64,000 nt of DNA from an uncultured Ignavibacteriales bacterium (GTDB lineage Bacteria > Zixibacteria > MSB-5A5 > GN15 > FEB-12). The translations under genes and the position numbers were made by a program. Below the pieces are notes generated by a model. That model was not told where the DNA came from, made no database searches, and saw only the letters and a list, made by a program, of their open reading frames with translations. Positions 19,675-29,299 of this stretch are shown here, in pieces (position 1 is the stretch's first letter; the number at the start of each line of letters is the position of its first letter). The stretch spans positions 101,496 through 165,495 of the forward strand of contig CAZAZQ010000005.1 in the NCBI GenBank assembly GCA_964489705.1, read 5' to 3'.

Positions 19675-20550
19675 ATGGTTCCGAAAGAAGTGCTCAAAAA
19701 AATCCGCCGGATAGAAATCCGGACGAAGAAACTGGTGAACGATCTTTTCTCCGGGGAGTACCATTCCACCTTCAAAGGGCAGGGAATGGAGTTTGAAGAG
19801 GTGCGCCAGTACGAGCCGGGCGACGATATTCGTTTGATTGATTGGAACGTGACCGCCCGTACCGGTTATCCCTATATCAAGAAATTCCGTGAGGAGCGGG
19901 AGTTGTCGGTGGTCTTGTTGGTCGATGCGTCTTCGTCCGGACAGTTCGGAACGCGGGAACGGTTCAAAAACGAAACCTCGGCGGAGCTGGCAGCACTGTT
20001 GGCATTTTCCGCCATCAAGAACAACGATAAAGTCGGTATGATTATTTTCACCGACACTATCGAGAAGTTCATCCCTCCACAAAAGGGACGAGCCCATGTG
20101 CTGCGTCTCATCCGGGAAATTTTGTATTTCAAACCGACCGGCAAAGGGACGGATATTGCCGGAGCCTTGGAGTATTTCAACCGGGTTATCAAAAGAAAGT
20201 CGGTGGTCTTTTTGATTTCGGATTTTCTTTCGGAAGATTTCTACAAACCGCTCCAGATTGCCAATCGTAAGCATGATGTCATCGCTATTAAGATAACCGA
20301 CCCTCGGGAAACGAGTTTTGAGAATGTGGGATTGATCGAGTTGGAGGATGCCGAAACCGGCGAAGTTATTATGATTGACACCAGCTCTGAAGAATTTCGT
20401 CGGGAATTTGCCGCCCAGGCGGAAGAACATACACTCAATTTGAAAAAGTCGTTTCAATTGATTAACCTCGATTTTATCAATATCCGCACCGACCAGTCCT
20501 ACATCGTGCCGTTGATTAACTTTTTCAAGACTCGAGAAAGGCGTTTGTAA
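19675..20550 (+). CDS. DUF58 (vWA-like) protein, MoxR partner
   Basis: G.G.EFEEVRQYEPGDDIRLIDWNVTAR is followed by LLVDASSS, the DUF58 signature. The gene sits directly after moxR. Confidence 0.85.
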   Translation: MVPKEVLKKIRRIEIRTKKLVNDLFSGEYHSTFKGQGMEFEEVRQYEPGDDIRLIDWNVTARTGYPYIKKFREERELSVVLLVDASSSGQFGTRERFKNETSAELAALLAFSAIKNNDKVGMIIFTDTIEKFIPPQKGRAHVLRLIREILYFKPTGKGTDIAGALEYFNRVIKRKSVVFLISDFLSEDFYKPLQIANRKHDVIAIKITDPRETSFENVGLIELEDAETGEVIMIDTSSEEFRREFAAQAEEHTLNLKKSFQLINLDFINIRTDQSYIVPLINFFKTRERRL

Positions 20551-20561
20551 GAGGAAGAAAG

Positions 20562-21473
20562 ATGAGAAAGCTATCTCTCCAATTGATGATGTTTATTGTG
20601 ATAGCGGGCGGAGTCGTCTTTTTGTTCGGGTGCGGCAAGACGGGGAGTGATGAAGCCGCTGTCGAGCGTCATAAGAAACTTGCCGGTGAGTTGAAAGACA
20701 ACAAGCTCTACGAGGCGGCGATAGAGGAGTACCAAAAACTTTTAGCGCGGGACGACATAGATACCGTCACCCGAGCCAACATCAATTACCTGATTGCGAA
20801 GATTTACTATGAGAACCTCAACGATTATCCCAACGCCGCTGCGTATTATCTCCGCGCTCGCGCCATTAACCCGAACGGCTCCTTTGTGGAAGAAGCTTCA
20901 CGAAAGCTGGTTGCCTCGCTCGAGAAAATGGGTCATCTGGTCGATGCCAAACGTCAACTGGCAGCCGCCACCGATATCGATACTACCGCCCATGATAAAA
21001 ATGACGTGATCGTTGCCAAGGTCGGAGGTGTCCCTATTTGGCGGTCGGAAGTCGAAGAACAGATTCAAGCTCTCCCGCCGGAAATGCAAAAGCAGTTTTT
21101 GACCAAGAAAGCCAAAATTCAATTCATGCACAATTACGTTGCGGCGGAGCTGTTGTACCGGGCGGCGATACGGGAAGATTACGGCAACGATCCGGAAGTT
21201 CAAAAGAAACAGCGTCAATTGTATAAGAAGCTCCTTATCGACAAGTATGTCGTCGAAAAAGTTATGCCGCAGGTTCACATTGATAGCGCTGACGTGTACA
21301 ATTATTATGTTGCTCACAAAGACGACCGCTACCACGGAGCGCCGTTTGACTCGGTACGGGCGACGGTTTTCCTCGATTATCAGGGGGAGAAGACGGAGTC
21401 GGCGTTCAATGACTATATCTCACGCCTGGCAAAAGTGGAAAAGGTTGAGTTTTACGATGAAAACATGCAATAA
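20562..21473 (+). CDS. Lipoprotein with a TPR-like N-terminal part and a SurA-N/PrsA-like chaperone region (no PPIase domain recognised)
   Basis: Lipobox LFGC is present, with a TPR-like YLIAKIYYENLNDYPNAAAYYLRA. The segment VIVAKVGGVPIWRSEVEEQIQALPPEMQ resembles the SurA N-terminal domain. Confidence 0.5.
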   Translation: MRKLSLQLMMFIVIAGGVVFLFGCGKTGSDEAAVERHKKLAGELKDNKLYEAAIEEYQKLLARDDIDTVTRANINYLIAKIYYENLNDYPNAAAYYLRARAINPNGSFVEEASRKLVASLEKMGHLVDAKRQLAAATDIDTTAHDKNDVIVAKVGGVPIWRSEVEEQIQALPPEMQKQFLTKKAKIQFMHNYVAAELLYRAAIREDYGNDPEVQKKQRQLYKKLLIDKYVVEKVMPQVHIDSADVYNYYVAHKDDRYHGAPFDSVRATVFLDYQGEKTESAFNDYISRLAKVEKVEFYDENMQ

Positions 21474-21509
21474 CGCTTTGGTCGAGAAACATAGGATTTT
21501 TGAATACAT

Positions 21510-22613
21510 ATGAAGATGCCGGAATCGAGAAAACGAATTTTGACCTTGAAAACGGCTCTTGTCTGCACGCTTCTGTTGTGGTGTGTGCCGTATGTCGGTG
21601 TGTGTGCCGATACGTCCCGGGTCGCGCCCGAGCAGCCGACTCCTCAAGCCGATACCGTCACGTCGCTTCCCGGCATCGAGATTCAAACCTCGGTGGACAA
21701 AGCGGAAGCCTACATCGGGGATCTGATAACGTACACGTTGACGATTATCCATGACTCGACGATTGAGCTGATACCTCCGCCCTTGGGGGCAAACCTGGGA
21801 GCCTTCGACGTCAAGGATTACAAGCCGGATATGCAGTCCACGTTGCCTGACGGGCGGATAAAAAGTACCAGCGAGTTCATCCTTAGTACCTTCACCACCG
21901 GCGATTACGTCATTCCGCCGATTCCGTTGGCTTTTCGAATGCCGGACTCCAGTCAAAAAATCCTTCTGTCGGAAGCGGTGCCTATCAAAATAAAGTCATT
22001 GCTTGCCGAAGGCGCCGACACCGTCGATATTCGCCCCTTGAAACCACCTTACGAGTTCAAGCGCGATCTGACGCCGTATTACATATGGGGCGGGGTGATT
22101 CTCCTTGTTCTGCTGGCGGCGGTATTCTTCTTTTGGTGGCGCCGGAAAAAGAGAAAAGGGGAGGAGGAAGCGATTGACCTGCGCCCGCCGTGGGAAATCG
22201 CCTACGAACGTTTAGCCCGTTTGCAGCAGGAAGGTTTGACGGCGCAAGGAAAACATAAGCTCTATTATCTTGAGCTGACCGAGATTGCCCGCCAGTATTT
22301 GGAGCGGATATATGAAATCAACGTGCTCGACATGACCACTGAGGAGTTTTTGGAACGGTTCCGTGAGGTAGCGTTGCCGGAAGGACTGTACGAAGATTTG
22401 GGACGGTTTTTGCGTCATGCCGACTTGGTGAAATTCGCCAAGTTGGTGCCGGAGGAAGAAAGAGCGCGGTCGGATTTTGAGTTTGTCCACCGTATGATAG
22501 CGCAGGTCAGGGAAGATTTTGAGCGGCGTCAAGCAATGACGGCTGCAGCGGAAGACGGTTCCGCGTCGAGCGGTGATACTCGCTCGAACGATTCCGGAGG
22601 GGAGGTGTCGTAA
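21510..22613 (+). CDS. BatD-N-like / DUF4381-like membrane protein (second BatD-family paralog)
   Basis: Signal peptide, beta-rich ectodomain, TM followed by WWRRKKRKGEEE, then PPWEIAYERLARLQ and a helical tail ending in DLVKFAKLVP. It occupies the position directly upstream of batA. Confidence 0.55.
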   Translation: MKMPESRKRILTLKTALVCTLLLWCVPYVGVCADTSRVAPEQPTPQADTVTSLPGIEIQTSVDKAEAYIGDLITYTLTIIHDSTIELIPPPLGANLGAFDVKDYKPDMQSTLPDGRIKSTSEFILSTFTTGDYVIPPIPLAFRMPDSSQKILLSEAVPIKIKSLLAEGADTVDIRPLKPPYEFKRDLTPYYIWGGVILLVLLAAVFFFWWRRKKRKGEEEAIDLRPPWEIAYERLARLQQEGLTAQGKHKLYYLELTEIARQYLERIYEINVLDMTTEEFLERFREVALPEGLYEDLGRFLRHADLVKFAKLVPEEERARSDFEFVHRMIAQVREDFERRQAMTAAAEDGSASSGDTRSNDSGGEVS

Positions 22614-22615
22614 CC

Positions 22616-23656
22616 GTGATAGAGTTTGCCGGTTTGAGTTTCAACATTTTCGATATAATCAAGACCACCATTCCTCCGCTGGTGATATTCGCCGTCGGAG
22701 CGCTCGTGATTGTCGGTATTATCATCTACCATCTCAAAAAGAAACGCTTCACCTCGGCGACGATAAAGTTTTCGGACGTCCGTATCGTTAAGAACGCCGG
22801 ACGTACCTTGCGCCAACGGTTTCGTTTCCTTTTGACGGTACTGCGTGTGCTGGCGCTCACCATGTTTTTCGTGGCGTTGGCTCGACCTCGTTCCGGGACC
22901 GAGTATACGGAAGTGACCTCGGAAGGGATCGACATCATGTTGATCCTTGACGTTTCCACCTCGATGCAGGCGGAAGATTTCAAGCCGCACAACCGGCTCT
23001 ATGTCGCTAAAGAAGAAATTAAAAAGTTTATCAATCATCGGGTAAACGACCGCATCGGGTTGATTGTCTTTGCCCGGTATTCGTATACCCAGTGTCCGCT
23101 GACGACGGATTACGGAGTATTGCTGAAATTTGTCGATCAGGTAGATTTCGGGCTGATAGAGGACGGCACTGCTATTGGAATGGCGATTGCCAACGGGGTG
23201 AACCGGTTGCGGGATTCGAAAGCCAAGAGTAAAGTGATGATATTGGCGACGGACGGCGACAACAATGCGGGGGAAATCGATCCCATCACCGCGGCGAATC
23301 TTGCCGCTGCCTTGGACATCAAAATTTATACGATTGGGGTCGGCAAACAAGGAAACGCCATGTTTCCGTACAACGATCCTATCTTTGGGAAGCGCTATAT
23401 TTATCAGCCGACGAGAATCGACGAGGAAACCCTGAAGGAAATCGCCAAGCGTACCGGCGGAAAATACTTCCGGGCGCGCTCGGGCAAAGAATTGGAAGAG
23501 ATTTATTCCACCATCGACAAGTTGGAAAAAACCGAAATCAAGGTTGCTTCCCATATTCAGTACCGGGAGTTGTTTCCCTATTTCACCTACGCCGGGTTGA
23601 TATTTTTGGTCTTGGAGCTGGTTTTGGCGAACACCTACTTCAGGAAGTTGCCGTAA
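22616..23656 (+). CDS. batA: BatA-like vWA-domain membrane protein
   Basis: N-terminal TM helix, MIDAS motif in MLILDVSTSM, a vWA core (LATDGDNNAG, IYTIGVG), and a C-terminal TM. Confidence 0.8.
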   Translation: MIEFAGLSFNIFDIIKTTIPPLVIFAVGALVIVGIIIYHLKKKRFTSATIKFSDVRIVKNAGRTLRQRFRFLLTVLRVLALTMFFVALARPRSGTEYTEVTSEGIDIMLILDVSTSMQAEDFKPHNRLYVAKEEIKKFINHRVNDRIGLIVFARYSYTQCPLTTDYGVLLKFVDQVDFGLIEDGTAIGMAIANGVNRLRDSKAKSKVMILATDGDNNAGEIDPITAANLAAALDIKIYTIGVGKQGNAMFPYNDPIFGKRYIYQPTRIDEETLKEIAKRTGGKYFRARSGKELEEIYSTIDKLEKTEIKVASHIQYRELFPYFTYAGLIFLVLELVLANTYFRKLP

Positions 23657-23669
23657 GGGAGAAGAAGAT

Positions 23670-24692
23670 ATGCGTTTTGCGGCACCGATGAACTTTTTGA
23701 TTTTGATTGGGATTCTTCTGTTGGGGATATTCTGCTTTTGGGCGTTGGCTCGCAAGAAGAAACTCATGGAACGATTTGGGGATATCCCCTTGATTATGAA
23801 AAACGCCCCCTATATCTCTTTTGCCCGTCAAGTTACCAAGCTGACCCTGCTGTTGGTGGCGTTTGTTTTCGTAACCGTCGCTTTGGCGCGACTGCAATTC
23901 GGAACGCACTTGGAGTTGTTGAAACGGGAAGGTATCGATATCGTCGTGGCGCTTGACGTCTCCAATTCCATGTTGGCGCAAGATATGAAACCGAGCCGCC
24001 TGGAGAAAGCCAAGCAGGAGATCCGAGGAATTATCGAGCGCTTGAAAGGCGACCGCATCGGTTTGGTGGCGTTTGCCGGGGAGGCTTTTATTCAGTGCCC
24101 TCTGACGTTGGACTACTCGGCGGCGGAGTTTCTATTGGACGCGATGGACAATACGTCCGTAAGCGTCCAGGGTACCGCATTGGCGGAGGCGATTACCACC
24201 GCCGCCAAGGCGTTTGACCAGAAAGAAAAGAAGCACAAGGTCTTGCTGCTTCTCACCGACGGCGAAGACCAGGAGGGAGGTGCGGTGGAAGCGGCGGAGG
24301 AAGCCCGCAAGCAAGGCATCAAGATTTATACCGTCGGCATCGGCAGCCCCGAAGGAGAACCGATCCCGATTCTGGATAAGAACGGCAGACAAATCGGTTT
24401 CAAGAAAGACCGTAACGGCGAAGTGATTGTTTCCAAGCTCGACGAGACCACGCTGCAGAAAATAGCGTTGGCAACGGGCGGGAAATACTACCATGCGACG
24501 GCGGGCGAGATTGAGCTGGACAAAATTTTCGACGAAATTTCGTCGATGGAGAAGAAAGAACTTGAAGGAACTCTGGTCACCCGTTATGATGACCGGTACC
24601 AATGGCCGCTGTTGATAGCCATCATTCTGATTGTGGGAGAGTTTTTCTTGCCGGAACGTAAAAAATCGAGATGGAGTGCGGACTATGCGTAG
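23670..24692 (+). CDS. batB: BatB-like vWA-domain membrane protein
   Basis: Two N-terminal TM helices, MIDAS motif VVALDVSNSM, LLLTDGEDQEG, IYTVGIGSPEG, and a C-terminal TM. Confidence 0.8.
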   Translation: MRFAAPMNFLILIGILLLGIFCFWALARKKKLMERFGDIPLIMKNAPYISFARQVTKLTLLLVAFVFVTVALARLQFGTHLELLKREGIDIVVALDVSNSMLAQDMKPSRLEKAKQEIRGIIERLKGDRIGLVAFAGEAFIQCPLTLDYSAAEFLLDAMDNTSVSVQGTALAEAITTAAKAFDQKEKKHKVLLLLTDGEDQEGGAVEAAEEARKQGIKIYTVGIGSPEGEPIPILDKNGRQIGFKKDRNGEVIVSKLDETTLQKIALATGGKYYHATAGEIELDKIFDEISSMEKKELEGTLVTRYDDRYQWPLLIAIILIVGEFFLPERKKSRWSADYA

Positions 24693-25494
24693 AGGCAGTG
24701 GCGGTATGGCAAATATGCTCACGTTCGTAGCTCTTTTGGTAGTATTGGCGTACGGTACGAGTTACGGCGCAGATTATATCGACTTGGTGAAGAAAGGGAA
24801 CAAATCTTTCCAACAAGCCGACTATAAAAAGGCGCTGGACTACTACCATCAAGCTGAAACGGAGCTCCCGGAGTCGCCGGAGCTGCAGTACAACATTGCC
24901 GGAGCGTTGTATCAAGACGGCGGCTATGAACAGGCGGTGGATAAATACACCAAAGCGCTCAATACGACCGATATAAAACTGGAAGCGGCGGCATTGTACA
25001 ATCTCGGCAACACCTACTTCCGGATGCAGGATTATCAGAATGCCATCAAGAGCTATGAAGAGGCGTTGAAGCTCAACCCGAATGACATGGATGCCAAGTT
25101 CAATCTCGAACTGGCGCGAAGGAGGTTCAAAGAGCAAATCAAACCCCAGCAACAACAAAACCAGCAGCAAAATCAACAACAGCAGAATCAGCAGCAACAA
25201 GACCAGAACCAGCACCAAAACCAAGAGCAGCAACAGCAACAAAATCAGCAGCAACAACAGCAAGACCAACAGAAACAAGACCAGCAACAACAGAATCAAC
25301 AGCAGCAAAATCAGAACAACCAAGAACAGCCGCAACAACAGCAACAGCAGCAAGAAATGCAAAAGAAAAAAGAGATGTCCAAAGAAGATGCGGAACGGAT
25401 TCTCAATGCTCTCCGGGACGACGAACGGGAAATTCAGAAAAAGATACGGCGACAGGCAACAAAATCGGGAAATTACCAAGGAAATGATTGGTAA
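24685..25494 (+). CDS. batC: BatC-like TPR protein with a long Gln/Asn-rich tract
   Basis: The ATG at 24685 overlaps the batB stop by 8 nt (the track ORF begins at 24631). Signal/TM segment is present. TPR segments include YNLGNTYFRMQDYQNAIKSYEEALKLNP. A ~70-aa Q/N tract follows. Confidence 0.7.
   Translation: MRRGSGGMANMLTFVALLVVLAYGTSYGADYIDLVKKGNKSFQQADYKKALDYYHQAETELPESPELQYNIAGALYQDGGYEQAVDKYTKALNTTDIKLEAAALYNLGNTYFRMQDYQNAIKSYEEALKLNPNDMDAKFNLELARRRFKEQIKPQQQQNQQQNQQQQNQQQQDQNQHQNQEQQQQQNQQQQQQDQQKQDQQQQNQQQQNQNNQEQPQQQQQQQEMQKKKEMSKEDAERILNALRDDEREIQKKIRRQATKSGNYQGNDW
25147..25353 (+). repeat. CAA/CAG/AAC-rich low-complexity coding tract (poly-Q/N) inside batC
   Basis: Read directly: 69 codons, almost exclusively CAA, CAG, AAC, AAT and GAC (QQQQNQQQNQQQQNQQQQDQNQ...). 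Confidence 0.9.
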
Positions 25495-25500
25495 AAAGAA

Positions 25501-27318
25501 GTGATGATTAAACGGGTTCTTTTTCTCATAGCAGGTTTGGTTATATTTGTAAACGCCGTGCCGCTGCAGGCACGGGCGGCGGATATTATTGTGACCGCTC
25601 AGTTGGACCGGGATACCATCGGTTTGGATGAACAGGCGACCTTGCAGGTCGAAGTTTCCGGCTCGGTGCAGAATTTACCGTCGCCGCAACTGCCGACCCT
25701 GCCGATGTTTGAAGTCTACTCCCAGGGACGATCGAGTAATATCAGCATTGTCAACGGACAGGTGAGTTCTTCCGTGACCTATCGGTATATGCTTTTGCCG
25801 ACCAAACCGGGGACCTACGTCATCGACAATATCTCTATCGTCTATAACAATCGTCGTTACAAAGCCGACCCGCTGGAACTGACGGTTCTGAACAAGGGCG
25901 TTGCCACTTCCCGCAGATTGGAAGAAAGAGCCGTCGATACACAAGGAAAGACCAAGGATTATTTCCTCGAAGCGGTGGTGGACAAGAAAAACCCGTACGT
26001 CAACGAGCAAGTGACCCTGACATTGAAATTCTATACCGCGGTACAGTATTACGGCAGTCCGGAGCTGACCGAGCCGACGACGACCGGCTTTTGGACGGAA
26101 GTCATCGGGAACAAGCCTCCCTATTACCAGAAGATAAACAACCGCACCTACCGCGTTATCGAACGAAAGTACGCGTTGTTTCCGACTCAGACCGGAGAGC
26201 TGACTATCGGGCGGGCGGCAATAAAATTCACCGTCGCCGGCAGGAGGAGACGAGCCCGACGGGATCCGTTCGATGTCTTCGGCGATTTTTTCGGTGTCAG
26301 CCAGGATGTGACGGTACGGAGTATGCCGATTACGATTAACGTCAAGCCTCTTCCTACCGAGGGCAGGCCGGCTGATTTCACCGGCACCATCGGCAAGTTC
26401 AAAATATCCGCCAAGGCGGATAAAAGGCAGGTAGAAGTGAACCAGCCGGTGACGGTCACCATTAAAATCAGCGGCACCGGCAACATCAAGTCGGTCGCCG
26501 AACCGGCTATTCCGGAACTGGAGGATTTTCGGGTCTACCGCGCTTCCAGCAACGAGAATATCACCAAGCTTCGGGATAAACTCGGCGGAACGAAGATTTT
26601 CGAAGAAGTATTTATCCCCCGCCGTCCCGGAAATCTGAAAATTCCGGCGTTGAGCTTCAACTTTTTTGACCCCGAGCAGGGGAAGTACCGTACCGTTTCC
26701 ACCCGTCCCATCACCCTGCGGGTCACCAAGCCGGAAGGATATGTCGCTTCTACGGAGGTGCCGTACGGAGCGCCGGAGTTGACCATCGGCAGTAAGGCGC
26801 GGGATATCCGATACATCAAGGACAATATCGGTAAGCCTCAGCCAATCGGGCAGGTGATACTCTTTACGCCGCTCTTTTTGGTCGTCAACGGGTTGCCGAT
26901 AGTTCTCTTGGCGGCGACAGTGTTGCTTCGACGGCATCGGGAAAAATTGGCGGCGGATGTCGGCTATGCCCGTTCGCGAAAAGCGGGGAAGATGGCAAAA
27001 CGTCGACTGGCGAAAGCGAAAGCGATTGCCGATGTCTCGCATACCGAAGAGTTTTATGCCGAGATACATACTGCCGTGACCGGCTACATTGCGGATAAGT
27101 TCAATGTCTCTCCCTACGGTTTGACGACCGATAAGATTGCCGAGTTGTTGCAGCAAAGGTCGGTGCCGACAAGCATTATCGATGAGGTACGTCGCTTGTT
27201 GGAGAAGTGCGACTTCGCTCGTTTCGCCCCGGCTTCCATCGGGGAAGAAGATATCAAACAGACCTTGGCGTTGGCGGAAGAAGTAATGGTGCATATCGAA
27301 GGAGCGAACCTTGCGTAA
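25501..27318 (+). CDS. batD: BatD-like (oxygen-tolerance family) membrane protein
   Basis: 605 aa. Signal peptide, several beta-rich Ig-like modules, a TM near aa 455-480 followed by RRHREK, and a helical tail ending in CDFARFAP. It sits after batC. Confidence 0.75.
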   Translation: MMIKRVLFLIAGLVIFVNAVPLQARAADIIVTAQLDRDTIGLDEQATLQVEVSGSVQNLPSPQLPTLPMFEVYSQGRSSNISIVNGQVSSSVTYRYMLLPTKPGTYVIDNISIVYNNRRYKADPLELTVLNKGVATSRRLEERAVDTQGKTKDYFLEAVVDKKNPYVNEQVTLTLKFYTAVQYYGSPELTEPTTTGFWTEVIGNKPPYYQKINNRTYRVIERKYALFPTQTGELTIGRAAIKFTVAGRRRRARRDPFDVFGDFFGVSQDVTVRSMPITINVKPLPTEGRPADFTGTIGKFKISAKADKRQVEVNQPVTVTIKISGTGNIKSVAEPAIPELEDFRVYRASSNENITKLRDKLGGTKIFEEVFIPRRPGNLKIPALSFNFFDPEQGKYRTVSTRPITLRVTKPEGYVASTEVPYGAPELTIGSKARDIRYIKDNIGKPQPIGQVILFTPLFLVVNGLPIVLLAATVLLRRHREKLAADVGYARSRKAGKMAKRRLAKAKAIADVSHTEEFYAEIHTAVTGYIADKFNVSPYGLTTDKIAELLQQRSVPTSIIDEVRRLLEKCDFARFAPASIGEEDIKQTLALAEEVMVHIEGANLA

Positions 27319-28066
27319 GTGGTATGTCGTGTTCATAACGGTGCTTCTGGCGACAACCGTATCGGCGGCGTCTGTCGACTACACCAAGATGTTTGCTCAT
27401 GCCAACGAGCTGTATGAGAAAAAAGAGTACGACAGCACCATCGCCGCCTACCGGGAAATTCTCACTCACGGGGTGGAGTCGGCGCCGCTGTATTTTAACC
27501 TAGGAAACGCCTATTTCAAAAGCGGGGACTTGGGACATGCCATTCTCTATTACCTGAAAGCCCGTCGACTTGAACCCGCCGATGAAGATATTTTGAGCAA
27601 CCTCGAATTTGCCCGTCAGTTCTCCCGTGTCCAAATGGAGGGGGTGGAACTGAATCCCATCAACAGCTTTTTGTCGTCGTTGGTCGCCCCGTATCGTGTC
27701 AATACCCTGTTATGGGTTACCTCGGCGTTTTTCGTGTTGTTTATGCTCTTTCTCATTCTCCGCTGGGGATTGGGAATGAACACCGTCTGGGTGCGGATGG
27801 GGATTATTATTCCTTTACTTTTCCTGTTTCTTTCCGCAAGTTTGACGGCGTTCAAGTACCGTACCGACTTTCTGACCAAGCGGGCGGTGATTGTAGCGGA
27901 TGAAGCGCCGGTCTATACCGGTCCGTCGGAGCAATCCGATCTGGAGTTGCAAGGCGCTCCCGGGCTCATCGTCGAAATCTTGGCGGAGTCCGGCGACTAC
28001 TACAACGTCTTGTTTGAAAACAAGCGTCGAGGGTGGATTAAGAAAGATTTAGTTGCCGTCGTATAG
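27311..28066 (+). CDS. batE: BatE-like TPR / TM / SH3-like protein
   Basis: TPR segment YFNLGNAYFKSGDLGHAILYYLKARRLEP, two or three TM helices, and a C-terminal SH3-like GDYYNVLFENKRRGWIKKDLV. It overlaps batD by 8 nt (TTG start). Confidence 0.65.
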   Translation: MRKWYVVFITVLLATTVSAASVDYTKMFAHANELYEKKEYDSTIAAYREILTHGVESAPLYFNLGNAYFKSGDLGHAILYYLKARRLEPADEDILSNLEFARQFSRVQMEGVELNPINSFLSSLVAPYRVNTLLWVTSAFFVLFMLFLILRWGLGMNTVWVRMGIIIPLLFLFLSASLTAFKYRTDFLTKRAVIVADEAPVYTGPSEQSDLELQGAPGLIVEILAESGDYYNVLFENKRRGWIKKDLVAVV

Positions 28067-28258
28067 CCCTTCTCTTCGCATTTTCCCATCGTTTATTTAA
28101 TTGACACCCTCTGAGGAAGCTTCTATCTTTTTCTCTGGTTTTGTGGAATGGGATGACGAGTTGTCCCTGTATACGAAAAGCATAGAAAAGGATAAAATGG
28201 TACATGCTTTTCGTCCGGCGGAGCAGTGAGGGGCGACGGATGACGGGTTGAAGATGAG

Positions 28259-29299
28259 ATGATTTGGAAGAAGAAACAGTTCTGGGGGGTGATAATTGCG
28301 GTGGGGCTGTTGGCGTTTTGTTTGAAAGACGTCACTCTTTCCGAGATACGGGAACTGGTTCACCGAATCAACTACGTTTACTTTCTCCCGTCGGTCGTCT
28401 GTACTTTTTTGTTTGTTATTTTTCGAGGATTGCGGTGGCGCCTGATGGTGGCGCAGCAGAAAAAAATCAGCATCGGCAGAGCCGTGACGTTGTTTTCGGC
28501 GGGACAGATTTTGAATGTCGTGATGCCGGCGTTGACCGGACAGGTGGGACGGATGTTTCTTTTTGCCAAAAAAGAAGGATTGCGCAAGACGTTTGTCTTT
28601 TCGACGATGGTGTTGGAGGTACTCTTTGATGCCATCAGCTTGATAATCTTTTTGTTTCTTACTTCCTTGGCGTTTGCGTTTCCGCCGGAGTATCGCTCGT
28701 TGAGCATTATTCTTTCGCTGGTGACCTTGGGGCTGCTGGTGCTTCTCTACTTGACCCTCCATTTCCAGCACCGTCTGGAGGAATTCGGCCGTCGTCACTA
28801 CCGCGAACGTTGGCCCAGCTTCTACATCGGTATCAAGAAGTTTATCCGCTCCTTTACTAAAGGTATCGAGCTGTTGCGTTCCAGCCAGCATTTGTTGGGT
28901 TCGCTGTTCTTCTCCTTGTTTTCCTGGGTTTTTCATGTGTTGGTCATTTATTTTTTGTTTTTGTCCTTCGGTTTCCGCTTGCCGATTGCGTCGGCTGCCG
29001 CGGTGATGATTATCAACACCCTGGCGCTGATGATTCCCATCACTCCCGGCAATGCGGGAACATTTGAGGTGGCGGTCAGCACCTCGCTGAAGGCGTTTTC
29101 GGTCGGGCATTCCGATGCGGTGTTGTTTTCCATTGCCCTCCACTTACTGGACTTGTTGCCGGTGTATCTGATGGGGTTTATCTTTCTCCATTTTGAAAAA
29201 ATATCACTCAAAGAAATCAAATCCCAGCATGAAGATGAGAGGCTTCTTGACCGCTTGTCCGAAGATGGTATGTTGGTGGAAAAGGAGGAGCGGGTATGA
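28259..29299 (+). CDS. UPF0104 / lysyl-phosphatidylglycerol-synthase-TM-like (flippase-like) integral membrane protein
   Basis: About 8 TM helices and an RGLRWRLM motif early in the protein. It overlaps corA by 4 nt. Confidence 0.6.
   Translation: MIWKKKQFWGVIIAVGLLAFCLKDVTLSEIRELVHRINYVYFLPSVVCTFLFVIFRGLRWRLMVAQQKKISIGRAVTLFSAGQILNVVMPALTGQVGRMFLFAKKEGLRKTFVFSTMVLEVLFDAISLIIFLFLTSLAFAFPPEYRSLSIILSLVTLGLLVLLYLTLHFQHRLEEFGRRHYRERWPSFYIGIKKFIRSFTKGIELLRSSQHLLGSLFFSLFSWVFHVLVIYFLFLSFGFRLPIASAAAVMIINTLALMIPITPGNAGTFEVAVSTSLKAFSVGHSDAVLFSIALHLLDLLPVYLMGFIFLHFEKISLKEIKSQHEDERLLDRLSEDGMLVEKEERV

Noticed and set aside
24622-25479. 285-aa Leu-rich minus-strand ORF (LLLLILLLLVL...)
   Set aside because: It is the reverse complement of the CAA/CAG Gln tract in batC (TTG/CTG codons). 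The apparent poly-Leu membrane protein is an artefact.
25675-27336. 553-aa minus-strand ORF antisense to batD
   Set aside because: It is a shadow ORF of a gene with a coherent domain layout and operon context. It has an R/G/D-rich low-information sequence and no start context.
28067-28258. Possible M-box (Mg2+) riboswitch upstream of the corA-containing operon
   Set aside because: I could not align the leader to the M-box core sequence as I remember it. Only a generic hairpin and direct repeat are present, and these are reported separately as an unclassified leader.
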